NCBI GenBank assembly: GCA_965242525.1
Contig: OZ251459.1
Location: 1,952,001-2,016,000, forward strand
Source: an uncultured Candidatus Binatia bacterium
Lineage (GTDB): Bacteria > Desulfobacterota > Binatia > UBA9968 > JAJDTQ01
Direction: 5' to 3'
DNA length: 64,000 nt
Both the position numbers and the translations under genes were made by a program. Below are positions 30,399-39,905 of this stretch, one piece after another. Position 1 is the stretch's first letter; each line of letters begins with the position of its first letter. The notes below the pieces were generated by a model, which saw nothing but the letters and a program-made list of their open reading frames with translations, had not been told where the DNA came from and did not search any database.

Positions 30399-31280
30399 TC
30401 AGGTGTCCAGGGCCTGGATCTTTGCTTGCGCCTTTCCGGCTTCCTTGGATTGCGGGTACCGATTGATGACTTCCTGGAGAAAGAGTCTGGCGTCCACGCG
30501 GTTCCCCAACTCCACGAAGGCGTACCCGATCTTGAGCCAAGCCGCGGGAGTCTTGTCGCCGTCGGGGTATTTCTTGAGGACCGCGTCGAATTCGAGGATG
30601 GCCTGGTCGAACTCCCCGAGCGCATAGTGGCTTTCGCCGACCCAGTACTGCGCGTTGTCCGTCAGGCTGCTGTCCGGATGCTTTTCGACGAACTTCTTGA
30701 ACTGCTGGATGGCTCCGCGATAGTCCTGTTCGCGCAACCGCTTCCACGCATCCTCGTAATCCTGCCGGACCGCGGCCGCGTCACCGTCCTGCCGGACGGG
30801 AGCGCCCGGTTTGGCGTCCCCTGCCACAGGAGCGGGGACCCCGGGAGGAGCGGGAACGCCCGGAGCCGCGGCCGCGGTATCGGCCGGGACCCGGGGCCGG
30901 TTCAGCACCGCGTCCCGCAGCAGCCGGAGTTCCTCCCCTCGCACCTGCAGCGTCTCCCGCTGGCTCCGGACCTCGGTCTCGAGGGCCGCCAACCGCTGGC
31001 TCAACTCCGGCAGGCTCACGGAACCGCCTCCTGCGCTCCGGATCTCTTCGACGGACCCCTCCACCGCGTTCACCCGCTGTCCCATGGAGGTGAGCTCCGC
31101 GCGGGTGTCCGCCAGTTGTTGGCGGGTGCGGTCGAGCTGCGCCGACAACTCGTCGAACTCGGCCCGCTCGCTCTCCGTCAACGGCGCCCGGTCGTAGGGC
31201 GCCGGCGCCGCGTGGTAATCGACGGTGCAACCCGACGCCAGCAACAGGATGGCGAACACGGCCGGAACGGCCACCCGCAT
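30399..31280 (-). CDS. cpoB: Tol-Pal system protein CpoB/YbgF (lipoprotein, TPR)
   Basis: LASGC lipobox, coiled coil, NAQYWVGE TPR; follows pal. Confidence 0.9.
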   Translation of the reverse strand: MRVAVPAVFAILLLASGCTVDYHAAPAPYDRAPLTESERAEFDELSAQLDRTRQQLADTRAELTSMGQRVNAVEGSVEEIRSAGGGSVSLPELSQRLAALETEVRSQRETLQVRGEELRLLRDAVLNRPRVPADTAAAAPGVPAPPGVPAPVAGDAKPGAPVRQDGDAAAVRQDYEDAWKRLREQDYRGAIQQFKKFVEKHPDSSLTDNAQYWVGESHYALGEFDQAILEFDAVLKKYPDGDKTPAAWLKIGYAFVELGNRVDARLFLQEVINRYPQSKEAGKAQAKIQALDT

Positions 31281-31357
31281 GGACACGCAACCCTCTCGCA
31301 AAGGAAGAACCCGTGGACGGTTATGACCGGGAGCCTGCCCGCGCAAGCGAGACTCCA

Positions 31358-31954
31358 CTAGGAGGCGGGACCTTGGCCCCGGACGACGAAATGCGCACGC
31401 CGGTTCTTGCTCCAACATTCCTCCGAGCTCGCTCCGCAGACGGGGAGCTCTTCACCGTAGCTGACGGTGGACAGACGCTCCGGAGCGTTCCCCAGGGTGA
31501 CGAGGTAATCCTTGACCGCCTGGGCCCTCCTCGCGCCCAGCGCCAGGTTGTACTCGGTGGTGCCCCGGTTGTCCGCGTGGCCTTCGATCTCGATGGAAAC
31601 TCCCGGGTTCTGCCGGATCCAGTCCGAGTTGTTTTGCAGGGCGTCGCGCGCATCGGGTCCCAGGTCGGCCCGGTCGAACCCGAAATAGACGTCCTTCAAG
31701 GCGCCGGTGGCCGGGGCAACCCCTTTCCTGAGGGCGTCCAGGCTTCCCTCCGGGCCCGGGGCCCCGCTCGCCCCCCCATCCTGGGCCAGGTTTCCCTCGG
31801 AGATGGAGCCCCCCTCGCCCTGGCCCGCCTGGGCCGATGACGGCGACGGGTCCGGCGCCAGCGGAGCCGGATCGACGGGAGGAGGCGGGGCGCACGCCCC
31901 GAGCAGGGCGAGACAGACGGAGCAAACCAGCAGGACAAACGCCTTTCGCATCAT
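31358..31954 (-). CDS. pal: Peptidoglycan-associated lipoprotein
   Basis: LGAC lipobox, IEGHAD.RGT.EYN.ALG.RRA, KNRR. Confidence 0.96.
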   Translation of the reverse strand: MMRKAFVLLVCSVCLALLGACAPPPPVDPAPLAPDPSPSSAQAGQGEGGSISEGNLAQDGGASGAPGPEGSLDALRKGVAPATGALKDVYFGFDRADLGPDARDALQNNSDWIRQNPGVSIEIEGHADNRGTTEYNLALGARRAQAVKDYLVTLGNAPERLSTVSYGEELPVCGASSEECWSKNRRAHFVVRGQGPAS

Positions 31955-32063
31955 CCCCTACTTTCTCGTGCTTCTCGAAGCTCTGTGGAAACGACTCACG
32001 AGGGTCCACCGGGAGCGGTCCGCCGCAAACGGCTACGGAACGAACGGCTTACGGAAGCCACGG

Positions 32064-33398
32064 CTACGGAAGCCGAAAGCCGGGGGAAGCCGGAAGCCGG
32101 GGCGACCACGATGGACTTGTATCATCTGCGTTCGAGCCTGTCAATCTTCTCTGGCTCTGCCCGTCACGGCGCATGGTGTAGATCCGGTGCGAACCCGTCC
32201 GGTCCGACGTAAAGGCAAGGAACCGTCCGTCCGGGGCCCAGGACGGGTCTTCGTCGTTGTGGCGGTTGGAGGTGATCATCCGCAGGTCCTTGCCGTCGGG
32301 CCGGATGGTGAAGATGTTCAGCACCCCGCCGGACCTTCCCGCGAACGCGATCCGGTCCCCGGTGGGCGACCAGTCGGGCGACGTGTTGTAGGGGCCCTCG
32401 AACGTCAGCCTCCTGACCGCGCCGGTGGAAAGCTCCAGGACGTAGAGTTGCGGAGAGCCGTGGCGGTCCGACACGAAAGCGATCCGTTTCCCGTCCGGCG
32501 ACCATGTGGGGGAAACGTCGATGCTCGGATTCCTCGTGAGGCGCCGCAGGATGGCGCCCGAGGCGTTCAACAGGTAGAGGTCCAGGTTCTGCTTCGGCTC
32601 CAGCGCGATGGCGAGGCGCCCTCCGTCCGGCGCCCACCGGCCTCCCAGGTTCAGTCCCTCCCGGGTCGAGATCGGCGTCTCCCGGTTGGTCCGGAGGTCG
32701 ATGCCGAGGAAATGGGGCTTGCCCTTCTTGTACGAGGTATAGACGAGCCTCTCGCCGTCCGGCGCCCAGGACGGGAACAGGTTGATGGTGCGGTTGTCCG
32801 TCACCTGCCTCTTCTCGGTCCCGTCCAGGTGCGACACGTATATCTCCTTGAACCGTTTGCCGCCGGTGGACACGTAGGCGATCATGGTGTCGAAGACGCC
32901 GCGGGCGCCGGTGAGCTTCAGGATGATCTCGTCGACGAACCTGTGGGCCATGCGCCGCGCGTCCCGGCTCTCGCCCTCATAGGTCTTGCCGATGATGTCG
33001 TCCTGCCGGAACACGTCGTACAACCAGAGTTCGAACCGGACCTTCCCGCCTCCGAGGACCTCGAAACCGCCCTTGACGAGCCCTTCGGCGCCGATGGTCG
33101 CCCAGTCGCGGAAGTCGAATCCGCCCGCACGAATGCCCGTTCTCTGGGGGTCTTCGAGGTACGCGGAACGGTCGATGACCTGGAACCAGCCGGACCGGCC
33201 CAGGTCGTCGGCGATGACGTCGGCCATCCTCCCGGACAGGCCCTCGGCGTCCGGCGCGGCGCCCAGGTTCTTGAGGGGCGAGACCGCAAGCCGGTAACGC
33301 TCGGCCCCGGGACCGACGATGAGGCCCTTGACCTGCGCCGGAACCGGCGCCGGAAACAGCCAGCCAAGCACCACCGCGGTGACGACCCATCTCTTCAT
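32064..33398 (-). CDS. tolB: Tol-Pal beta-propeller protein TolB
   Basis: AHRF.D N-terminal domain and PD40 repeats (PSWAPDG, PTWSPDG). Confidence 0.95.
   Translation of the reverse strand: MKRWVVTAVVLGWLFPAPVPAQVKGLIVGPGAERYRLAVSPLKNLGAAPDAEGLSGRMADVIADDLGRSGWFQVIDRSAYLEDPQRTGIRAGGFDFRDWATIGAEGLVKGGFEVLGGGKVRFELWLYDVFRQDDIIGKTYEGESRDARRMAHRFVDEIILKLTGARGVFDTMIAYVSTGGKRFKEIYVSHLDGTEKRQVTDNRTINLFPSWAPDGERLVYTSYKKGKPHFLGIDLRTNRETPISTREGLNLGGRWAPDGGRLAIALEPKQNLDLYLLNASGAILRRLTRNPSIDVSPTWSPDGKRIAFVSDRHGSPQLYVLELSTGAVRRLTFEGPYNTSPDWSPTGDRIAFAGRSGGVLNIFTIRPDGKDLRMITSNRHNDEDPSWAPDGRFLAFTSDRTGSHRIYTMRRDGQSQRRLTGSNADDTSPSWSPRLPASPGFRLP
32116..32144 (-). promoter_or_regulatory. Possible pal promoter inside the tolB 3' end, TTGACA-N17-TACAAG
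   Basis: Perfect -35 box with 17-nt spacing in a locally AT-richer patch. Confidence 0.45.
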
Positions 33399-33433
33399 CC
33401 TGTGAAACCTCGTGTGTACGACGCTGCGTCCGC

Positions 33434-34588
33434 TTACCCGGAAGGCGTCCCGCCGTCCAGGTCCTTGGGCCGGAAAGTGAACTCGACCTGCTCGAACTCG
33501 TGCGCATGACTCCTGGGCGGCGGCGGCAGGGGAGTGGCCCGCCGGACCGCTCGCACCACCGACTCGTCGAAGGACGCATCCCCCGAACGCTTCAACAACT
33601 CGATGCCGAAGACCTCCCCGTCCGCACGCACTCCGAAACCCACCGTGACCTCCAGGTCGCCGCGACCGTGGGGCCACGTCCAACGTTCCTTTATGCGGCC
33701 GCGCATCTGGTTGACGTAGGCCACGAACTTCATTCCCCTGACCACGCCGCCGCCGTTGCCGTTGCCGGTCCCCGCAACGGCCCCGGAGCCGTTGCCGCCC
33801 CGCGCGCTGTCGGCGGCCAAGCGCATCTGCGCCCGCTCCCTGGCGGTAGCCACGGCCGCGTCGATACGCCTCTGCTTCAACCTCCGAACCAGCTCCGAAT
33901 CTCCCCCGCGGCTACGCTTCGGCTTCGGCTCGGCGGCTTTCTTGGCCTTGGCTACCTTCTTGGGCTTCGCGACTTTCTTCGGCTTCGCGGCCTTCTTCCG
34001 CGCAGCGACCTTCTCCTTCCTGGGCTTGGCAACCTTCTTGGGCTTGGCGACTTTCCGGGGCTCGGCCAGCTTCCTGGGCTTGGCTACTTTCTTCGGTTTT
34101 GCGACCTTCTTCGGTTTTGCGACATCCTTGGGCTTGGCAACCTTCTCGGGTTTTGCGACCTTCTCGGGCTTGGCTACTTTCTTCTCAGGCGCCGGCTCCT
34201 TCTCCTGCGCCTCCACCTTCGGCGGGGGCGGGACCTCCCTGGGAGCTTCAGCCGTTTCCCGCGGCTCGGGCGGCGCCGGCTCGGAAACGGGCTCTTGCGC
34301 CTCCTGCTTCCGCGGCGGTTCGGGCTCGGGGGCGCCCTTGGGTTCCGATGGCGCCGACCCATCCCCGGCAACCAGGTCCACCGTATAGACGGGAACGGCG
34401 AAGTCCCGCCGCGCGGTGCTCGGCGGCGCCGCCAGCAGGGTCAGGATCAACGCCACATGGAGCACCCCCGAGAAGCAGATCCACCACTTGAGACGATGGC
34501 TGCCGGCCTGGCCGGAGCCCGACCCATCGAGAAAGGTCCGCAGCATCGTCGTCAGGTTTTGCAGCATCGTTTGCAGTCTCACCGCCAA
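33434..34588 (-). CDS. tolA: TolA/TonB-family protein (start uncertain)
   Basis: S...H transmembrane motif, Pro/Lys-rich linker, TonB_C-like end (SG...FD.S..RAV); located between tolR and tolB. Confidence 0.85.
   Translation of the reverse strand: MAVRLQTMLQNLTTMLRTFLDGSGSGQAGSHRLKWWICFSGVLHVALILTLLAAPPSTARRDFAVPVYTVDLVAGDGSAPSEPKGAPEPEPPRKQEAQEPVSEPAPPEPRETAEAPREVPPPPKVEAQEKEPAPEKKVAKPEKVAKPEKVAKPKDVAKPKKVAKPKKVAKPRKLAEPRKVAKPKKVAKPRKEKVAARKKAAKPKKVAKPKKVAKAKKAAEPKPKRSRGGDSELVRRLKQRRIDAAVATARERAQMRLAADSARGGNGSGAVAGTGNGNGGGVVRGMKFVAYVNQMRGRIKERWTWPHGRGDLEVTVGFGVRADGEVFGIELLKRSGDASFDESVVRAVRRATPLPPPPRSHAHEFEQVEFTFRPKDLDGGTPSG
33938..34186 (-). repeat. Degenerate 18-bp tandem repeats encoding K(V/A)AKP(K/E/R) in tolA
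   Basis: Repeated KVAKPE/KVAKPK units in the translation. Confidence 0.85.
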
Positions 34589-34641
34589 GGTTCGCAGGAT
34601 CGTTCCCGGAATCCGGGGGATCCCCCCTCCCGGAACGCGCT

Positions 34642-35061
34642 CTACCGATCGGCGAGAGGCGCCGCCATCATGCCGAGCCTCTCGATACCCGCGGCCTTGA
34701 TCTCGCCGATGGCGGCCATCACCGACCCGTAGCGCACTTCACGATCCGCCCTCAGGTAAACGGCTTTCCCCGGGTTGAGCCTTCGATTGGCCTCCAGCTT
34801 GCTTCGGAGCTCGTCCGGGGTCATCTCGTTGTCGTTCAGATAGACTTGGCCGTCACGGGAAATGGTCACGATCAACGGATCTTCCCCGTCCTGCACGGGG
34901 CTGGCCTTGGCTTGGGGCAGGTTGACCTCCACACCCTGCTGGATGATGGGCGCCGTCACCATGAATATGACCAGCAACACCAGCATGACGTCCACGAAAG
35001 GAGTGACGTTGATGTTCGATATGGGCGACTTGTCTCGCCCCTGGGGAATATCCGCCGCCAT
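34642..35061 (-). CDS. tolR: TolR/ExbD
   Basis: INVTPFVDVMLVLLVIFMVTAP, LRAD..V.YG. Confidence 0.95.
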   Translation of the reverse strand: MAADIPQGRDKSPISNINVTPFVDVMLVLLVIFMVTAPIIQQGVEVNLPQAKASPVQDGEDPLIVTISRDGQVYLNDNEMTPDELRSKLEANRRLNPGKAVYLRADREVRYGSVMAAIGEIKAAGIERLGMMAAPLADR

Positions 35062-35096
35062 GGCTCGGGTTTCCTCCCTTCCGGCCGCGCAGGACG

Positions 35097-35837
35097 CTAC
35101 GGTTTCCTGGTGAAATGGCGCTCGGCGATGTTGAGGAACTCCTGGGCGAAGTTTTCCATGTCCGCGGTCAGCTCCCGGATCTGCTGCGCGAAGTGGTTGT
35201 AGGCGATGAGCGCAGGGATGGCCGCCATCAGGCCCGCGGCCGTGGCGATCAACGCTTCGGCGATCCCGGGCGCCACCGCCTGGATGGTGGATGACTGGGT
35301 GGTGCTCAGACCGAGGAACGCGTTCATGATGCCCCAGACCGTACCGAAGAGGCCGATGAAAGGGGTCGTGCCGGAGGTGGTCGCCAGGAAGGTCAGCATC
35401 TGTTCGAGCTTGGTCAACTCGACGCTGGTGGCGCGCTTCATGGACCGGGCCACGTTGTCCACGCCGGCCAGCTCGGTGGTGAGGCCCTCCGACTCCGCGG
35501 TGTTCCGGCGCGACAACCGGAGCAGTTCCTCGTATCCCGCGGTGAACACCTGGGCCACCGGGCTCGTTTCCATTTCCCGGCTGGCTTCGCGTATCGAGGC
35601 CAGGTTGCGGCTTTCCCAGAAGAACTCGATGAACCGGTCCGACTGGACCTTGGCCGCCCGCACGTGCCGGAACTTGTACAGGATGATGCCCCAGCTCACC
35701 ACCGAGAACAGGACCAGGATATACAGGACCCCCTGGACCATGGGACCCGATCCCGTCACCAAGTCGAGTATGCCCTGTTGCTGTATTCTCAAATGGTCGG
35801 GCTGGACCGCCAGTTGGTAGATCGAGAAGTACAGCAT
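35097..35837 (-). CDS. tolQ: TolQ
   Basis: PFIGLFGTVWGIM, VAPGIAEAL.ATA.GL..AIPA. Confidence 0.96.
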   Translation of the reverse strand: MLYFSIYQLAVQPDHLRIQQQGILDLVTGSGPMVQGVLYILVLFSVVSWGIILYKFRHVRAAKVQSDRFIEFFWESRNLASIREASREMETSPVAQVFTAGYEELLRLSRRNTAESEGLTTELAGVDNVARSMKRATSVELTKLEQMLTFLATTSGTTPFIGLFGTVWGIMNAFLGLSTTQSSTIQAVAPGIAEALIATAAGLMAAIPALIAYNHFAQQIRELTADMENFAQEFLNIAERHFTRKP

Positions 35838-35852
35838 CGAAACCCTGCCACC

Positions 35853-35886
35853 TTGAAAAGTTATATGTTTCTTTGTACTTAGTCAA
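35853..35886. promoter_or_regulatory. Overlapping divergent promoters for tolQ and pgk
   Basis: Plus strand TTGAAA-N17-TACTTA; minus strand TTGACT-N17-TAACTT. Confidence 0.55.
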
Positions 35887-35940
35887 TCGGGTTCGCCGCG
35901 GCCCCGCGGACCCGCCGCATCCACGAGGACCCACTTGCCC

Positions 35941-37128
35941 ATGCTCCGCAGCGTTTCGGAACTCGACGTGGAGGGAAAGACCGTATTCCTGCGGGTGGAC
36001 TTCAACGTGCCCCTGGACGGGGACGTCATCACCGAGACCCACCGCATCGACAGCGCGCTGCCCACCATCGAACACCTGGTGGAGAACGGCGCCCGGCTCG
36101 TGGTGGCCTCCCACCTGGGCCGGCCCGGCGGCGTCCCCGACCCACGGTGGAGCCTCGCCCCGGTACGGCGTTACCTGGACGGCAAGGCGTCCCGTCCGGT
36201 GGCGCTCGCGCCCGACTGCGTGGGACCCGCGGTCCGGCGGTTGCTCGCGGACCCAGACGGCGCCGGCATCCTGTTGCTGGAGAACCTCCGGTTCCACGCC
36301 GGCGAGGAGGCCAACGACCCGGAGTTCGCCGCGTCGCTTGCAAGCCTGGCCGACGCGTACGTCAACGACGCCTTCGGCGCAGCGCACCGGGCCCATGCGT
36401 CCACGGCCGGCATGGCCCGGCACTTCCGGGACAAGGGGGCGGGCTTCCTGTTCCGGCGGGAACTGGACTACCTGACGCGGGTCCTGGGCGCGCCGGAGCG
36501 CCCGGCCGCGGCCATCCTGGGAGGCGCCAAGGTCTCGGACAAGATCGGCATCCTCAGGAACCTGATCCCCCGGGTGGACCGGATCCTGGTGGGCGGCGCC
36601 ATGGCCTACACCTTCCTGCACGCCCGGGGCGTGGCCGTGGGAAGGTCCCTGCTGGAAAGGGACTCCATCCCGGCGGCCCGGGACATCATGGACCAGGCGG
36701 AAAGGGCCGGGGTCCCTTTGGTCCTTCCCGTGGACCACGTCACCGCCCGGGACGCCGACGACCATCAGCCTTCGGCGACAAGCGGCTCCTCTATCCCCGG
36801 GGACCGGGCAGGACTCGACATCGGCCCGAAGACGGTCTCCCTGTTCACCGACCAGTTGAAGGACGCGGCCGTGGCCCTGTGGAACGGACCCCTCGGACTG
36901 TTCGAGCGGGCGCGGTTCCGTCACGGCACGGTCTCCGTGGCCCGGACCCTTGCGGCGACGCAGGCCGTCACCGTGGTGGCGGGCGGAGACACGGTTGCCG
37001 CGGTGCGCCTCGCCGGCGTTGCCGACCGCATGACCCATCTGTCCACCGGGGGCGGCGCCGCACTGGAGTTCCTGGAGGGCAAGACGCTTCCCGGGGTCCG
37101 GGCCCTGGAGGTCGAGGCCCCCGCCTGA
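35941..37128 (+). CDS. pgk: Phosphoglycerate kinase
   Basis: [35 protein letters not shown]. Confidence 0.97.
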   Translation: MLRSVSELDVEGKTVFLRVDFNVPLDGDVITETHRIDSALPTIEHLVENGARLVVASHLGRPGGVPDPRWSLAPVRRYLDGKASRPVALAPDCVGPAVRRLLADPDGAGILLLENLRFHAGEEANDPEFAASLASLADAYVNDAFGAAHRAHASTAGMARHFRDKGAGFLFRRELDYLTRVLGAPERPAAAILGGAKVSDKIGILRNLIPRVDRILVGGAMAYTFLHARGVAVGRSLLERDSIPAARDIMDQAERAGVPLVLPVDHVTARDADDHQPSATSGSSIPGDRAGLDIGPKTVSLFTDQLKDAAVALWNGPLGLFERARFRHGTVSVARTLAATQAVTVVAGGDTVAAVRLAGVADRMTHLSTGGGAALEFLEGKTLPGVRALEVEAPA

Positions 37129-37135
37129 TCCCGCC

Positions 37136-37912
37136 ATGGCAAGACGCATGGTCATCGCCAACTGGAAGATGCACGGGACCCGGGAGCAGGCCCGCGCCCT
37201 GGCGCAAGGCGTTCGACGGCTCCTGGGGCGCCGCCGCCGGACCGCCGAGGTCGTGGTCGCGCCCCCCTTTACGGCCCTCGACACCGTGCGGCGGGCCATC
37301 GCGGGAAGCCCGTTGCGCCTGTCCGCGCAGAACCTCCACTGGCAGCCCCGGGGGGCGTTCACCGGCGAGGTGGCGGCCGACATGCTGCGGGACGCAGGCT
37401 GCGCCTACGTGATCGTGGGCCACTCGGAAAGACGCCGACTCTTCGGCGAGACCAGCCGGGACGCGGGGCGGAAGCTCGCGGCCGCCCTGGAGGCGTCCCT
37501 CACGCCGGTGCTCTGCATCGGCGAGACCCTCCAGGAACGCCGCAACGGCCACACCCGGCGGGTCCTCTCCGCGCAGCTTTCCGGCGCGTTGAAGGGCGTC
37601 CCGAAAAGTGCTAATGGGTCCCTGGTGGTGGCGTACGAGCCGGTGTGGGCCATCGGCGCCGGAAGGAACGCGGCCCCGGGCCAGGTGGGCGAGGCCCACC
37701 GCTGGGTCCGGCAGGCCCTCGCCCGCAGGTTCGGAGCGGCAGAGGCCCGGGAAGCGCCCATCCTCTACGGCGGCAGCGTGAACCCGGACAACGCCCGCGA
37801 GTTGGCCGCGGTCCCGGAGGTCGACGGAGTCCTGGTGGGCGGCGCAAGCCTGGACGCGCGGAGCTTCGCCGCCATCGTAAACGCATTCTCGAGCGCCGCA
37901 GAGGACGCATGA
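37136..37912 (+). CDS. tpiA: Triosephosphate isomerase
   Basis: NWKM, GHSERR, AYEPVWAIG, YGGSV. Confidence 0.97.
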   Translation: MARRMVIANWKMHGTREQARALAQGVRRLLGRRRRTAEVVVAPPFTALDTVRRAIAGSPLRLSAQNLHWQPRGAFTGEVAADMLRDAGCAYVIVGHSERRRLFGETSRDAGRKLAAALEASLTPVLCIGETLQERRNGHTRRVLSAQLSGALKGVPKSANGSLVVAYEPVWAIGAGRNAAPGQVGEAHRWVRQALARRFGAAEAREAPILYGGSVNPDNARELAAVPEVDGVLVGGASLDARSFAAIVNAFSSAAEDA

Positions 37913-37922
37913 CAGGGGACCC

Positions 37923-38264
37923 ATGATCATCCTGGTCACAACCGTTCATATCCTCGTCTGCCTGGGCCTGATCGTCGTGGTCCTGTTGCAGACCGGCAAG
38001 GGCACCGACATGGGCGCTGCCTTCGGCGGAGGCTCCAGCGCGACGGTCTTCGGCAGCAGCGGCGCGGGCAACTTCCTGACCCGAATGACCACAGGCATGG
38101 CGGTGGTGTTCATGCTCACGTGCCTGACCCTGGGCTATTTTGCCGAGCAGGGACCCGTAACGAGCGTTTTCGACACCGTCACGCCGCAAGCCGAGACCGG
38201 CGCCGCGCCGGCGCCCACGCCCGAGGGCGCCGGGGAGCCCGCCCAACCGCCGGCTTCTCCCTGA
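37923..38264 (+). CDS. secG: Preprotein translocase subunit SecG
   Basis: VLLQ.GKG..MG..FGGG, NFLTR.T. Confidence 0.95.
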   Translation: MIILVTTVHILVCLGLIVVVLLQTGKGTDMGAAFGGGSSATVFGSSGAGNFLTRMTTGMAVVFMLTCLTLGYFAEQGPVTSVFDTVTPQAETGAAPAPTPEGAGEPAQPPASP

Positions 38265-38284
38265 AAGACGTCCACCCGTGATGT

Positions 38285-38371
38285 GCGAGGATGGCGGAAT
38301 AGGCAGACGCGCTAGCTTGAGGGGCTAGTGCCAGCAATGGCGTGGGGGTTCAAGTCCCCCTCCTCGCACCA
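38285..38371 (+). tRNA. tRNA-Leu(GAG)
   Basis: GCGAGGA/TCCTCGC acceptor stem, CTAGC-TTGAGGG-GCTAG anticodon arm, long variable arm, GGGGG-TTCAAGT-CCCCC T arm, CCA end. Confidence 0.97.
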
Positions 38372-38401
38372 CACCCGCTATCATTCCCGCAGACGCCCAC
38401 T

Positions 38402-38433
38402 CTCCGTCATTCCCGCGAAAGCGGGAATCCATC
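38402..38433 (+). repeat. CGTC-tagged palindromic repeat, type A (CGTCATTCCCGCGAAAGCGGGAATCCA)
   Basis: Reverse-complement copy at 59268-59299. Confidence 0.85.
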
Positions 38434-38445
38434 ATCGGGACAGGA

Positions 38446-38524
38446 GGCATGAGCGCGTCCTTCGACTCCGCTTCGCTACGCTCAGGACGAACGGAGACAG
38501 ATCTCAGGATGAGGGAATCCATCC
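38446..38524 (-). repeat. Palindromic repeat, type B (CCGTTCGTCCTGAGCGTAGCGAAGCGGAGTCGAAGGACGCGCTCATG) with GGATTCCC extension
   Basis: Five near-identical cores in the window. Confidence 0.9.
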
Positions 38525-38549
38525 CGGAGATCTCGATTGTCCAGATGTC

Positions 38550-38633
38550 CTAACGGACGGTTCGCGCGAGGCTTGGCGGGTTGACGCAGGCGCATGTGGA
38601 TGCGGTTTCCTCTAATGGACGGTTCGCGCGAGG
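38550..38633. repeat. 22-bp direct repeat duplicating the yggT 3' end
   Basis: CTAA(C/T)GGACGGTTCGCGCGAGG at 38550-38571 and 38612-38633. Confidence 0.8.
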
Positions 38634-38911
38634 TCGTAGAGCGACGTCACCAGGAAGGCGCGCAGGAACCAGGCGATGACGATGGCCGCCACCGGCGACA
38701 TGTCGATGCCTCCGAAGGCCAGGGGGAGGGCCTGCCTGAGACGGTCGAGGACCGGGTCGGTCAGGTTGCAGAGCGCTCGCACGATGGGGTTGTAGGGGTC
38801 GGCGTTCACCCAGGAAACCACGGTACGCGCCACGATGACCCATACGTAAAGGGTCAGGACCGTGTCCAGGACTCCCGCCACCGCCTCCAGGAAATTGGCT
38901 GCAACGAACAT
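38612..38911 (-). CDS. yggT: YggT family membrane protein
   Basis: SWVN.DPYNPIVR.L..LTDP.L, GIDMSP. Confidence 0.93.
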   Translation of the reverse strand: MFVAANFLEAVAGVLDTVLTLYVWVIVARTVVSWVNADPYNPIVRALCNLTDPVLDRLRQALPLAFGGIDMSPVAAIVIAWFLRAFLVTSLYDLARTVH

Positions 38912-38983
38912 GTTTCGCAAGCCTCGATTCTGGCCCCGGCGCCGCGGAGGCGGTCGGTTCCTCCACCGCCGCGGGCCGTTGGC

Positions 38984-39682
38984 CTATCCGGACCGGCTCC
39001 TGGGGCCGAACAGGGCGGTCCCGACCCGCACCAGGGTGGACCCTTCGGCAACCGCTGCCTCGTAATCGTGGGTCATCCCCATGGAAAGCTCGTCCAGGGC
39101 CACGTTGGGAAGGCCGAGCCCGTCGAGGGAATCCCGCAATTCCCGAAGCCTTCGGAAGTAGAGCCGGCTGGCTTCCGGGTCCTCGGAGAACGGCGGCACG
39201 ATCATCAGGCCCCTGACCTTGACGCGCCCCAGACGGGACACGTCCTGCACCAGCGGCTGGAGGTCCTCCACCGCCACCCCCGTCTTGGACCCCTCGCCCG
39301 CGAGGTTGACCTCCACCAGCACCGGGACGTCCCGGCCCCGCTCGCGGCCCTCCCGGTCCAGGGCTTGCGCCAGCCGCAAGCTGTCCAGCGACTGGATGAC
39401 CGCGAACAGGTCCACCGCGGCCCGGGCCTTGTTCCTCTGGAGATGGCCGATCAGGTGCCACTCGGCGCCCTCGCCGACGCCCTCCTTCTTGGCCTGCGCT
39501 TCCTGGACGTAGTTCTCGCCCAGGAGACGCACGCCGGCTTCCACCGCGGCGCGGACCGCGGGCGCGGACCGGGTCTTGGTGGCGGCGAGCAGCTTGACTT
39601 GCCGCGGGTCCCTGCCGTTCCGCTCCGCGGCGCGACCGATGGCCTCCATGACCCGTTTGCAGTTACCCGCGATGTCGATCAT
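38984..39682 (-). CDS. yggS: PLP homeostasis protein YggS
   Basis: LLAATK, GENYVQE, WH.IG.LQ.NK, LSMGM..D, VRVGT.LFG. Confidence 0.96.
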   Translation of the reverse strand: MIDIAGNCKRVMEAIGRAAERNGRDPRQVKLLAATKTRSAPAVRAAVEAGVRLLGENYVQEAQAKKEGVGEGAEWHLIGHLQRNKARAAVDLFAVIQSLDSLRLAQALDREGRERGRDVPVLVEVNLAGEGSKTGVAVEDLQPLVQDVSRLGRVKVRGLMIVPPFSEDPEASRLYFRRLRELRDSLDGLGLPNVALDELSMGMTHDYEAAVAEGSTLVRVGTALFGPRSRSG

Positions 39683-39905
39683 CGGACCGCCCCATGCCCG
39701 GCCCCAGCCTCTTCCCACTGCGCCCGGAGCTCCCCTGCCCTTGCAGAACCCGTCTCAATATACCACAGGCATCCGCGGAGTGTATCGAAGCGGTCCGGGC
39801 GCGAGCGAGCCGGCGGCCCGGCCGGCAACCTCGTCCCGCGCCGGCTCCTTACCACGCGGCCCGCGGCTTGTTACAATCGGCGCAAGGCGTCCGGGACACT
39901 GACTG

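Noticed and set aside
32028-32100. Short degenerate repeats (ACGGCTACGGAAGCC, GGAAGCC) at the tolB-pal junction
   Set aside because: Too short and irregular to assign a function; probably slippage
33938-34186. Tandem repeats as a possible CRISPR array or histone-like gene
   Set aside because: They are in-frame coding repeats of the TolA linker with no unique spacers
38285-38550. Prophage or island integrated at tRNA-Leu
   Set aside because: No integrase follows and I saw no duplicate of the tRNA 3' end in the window
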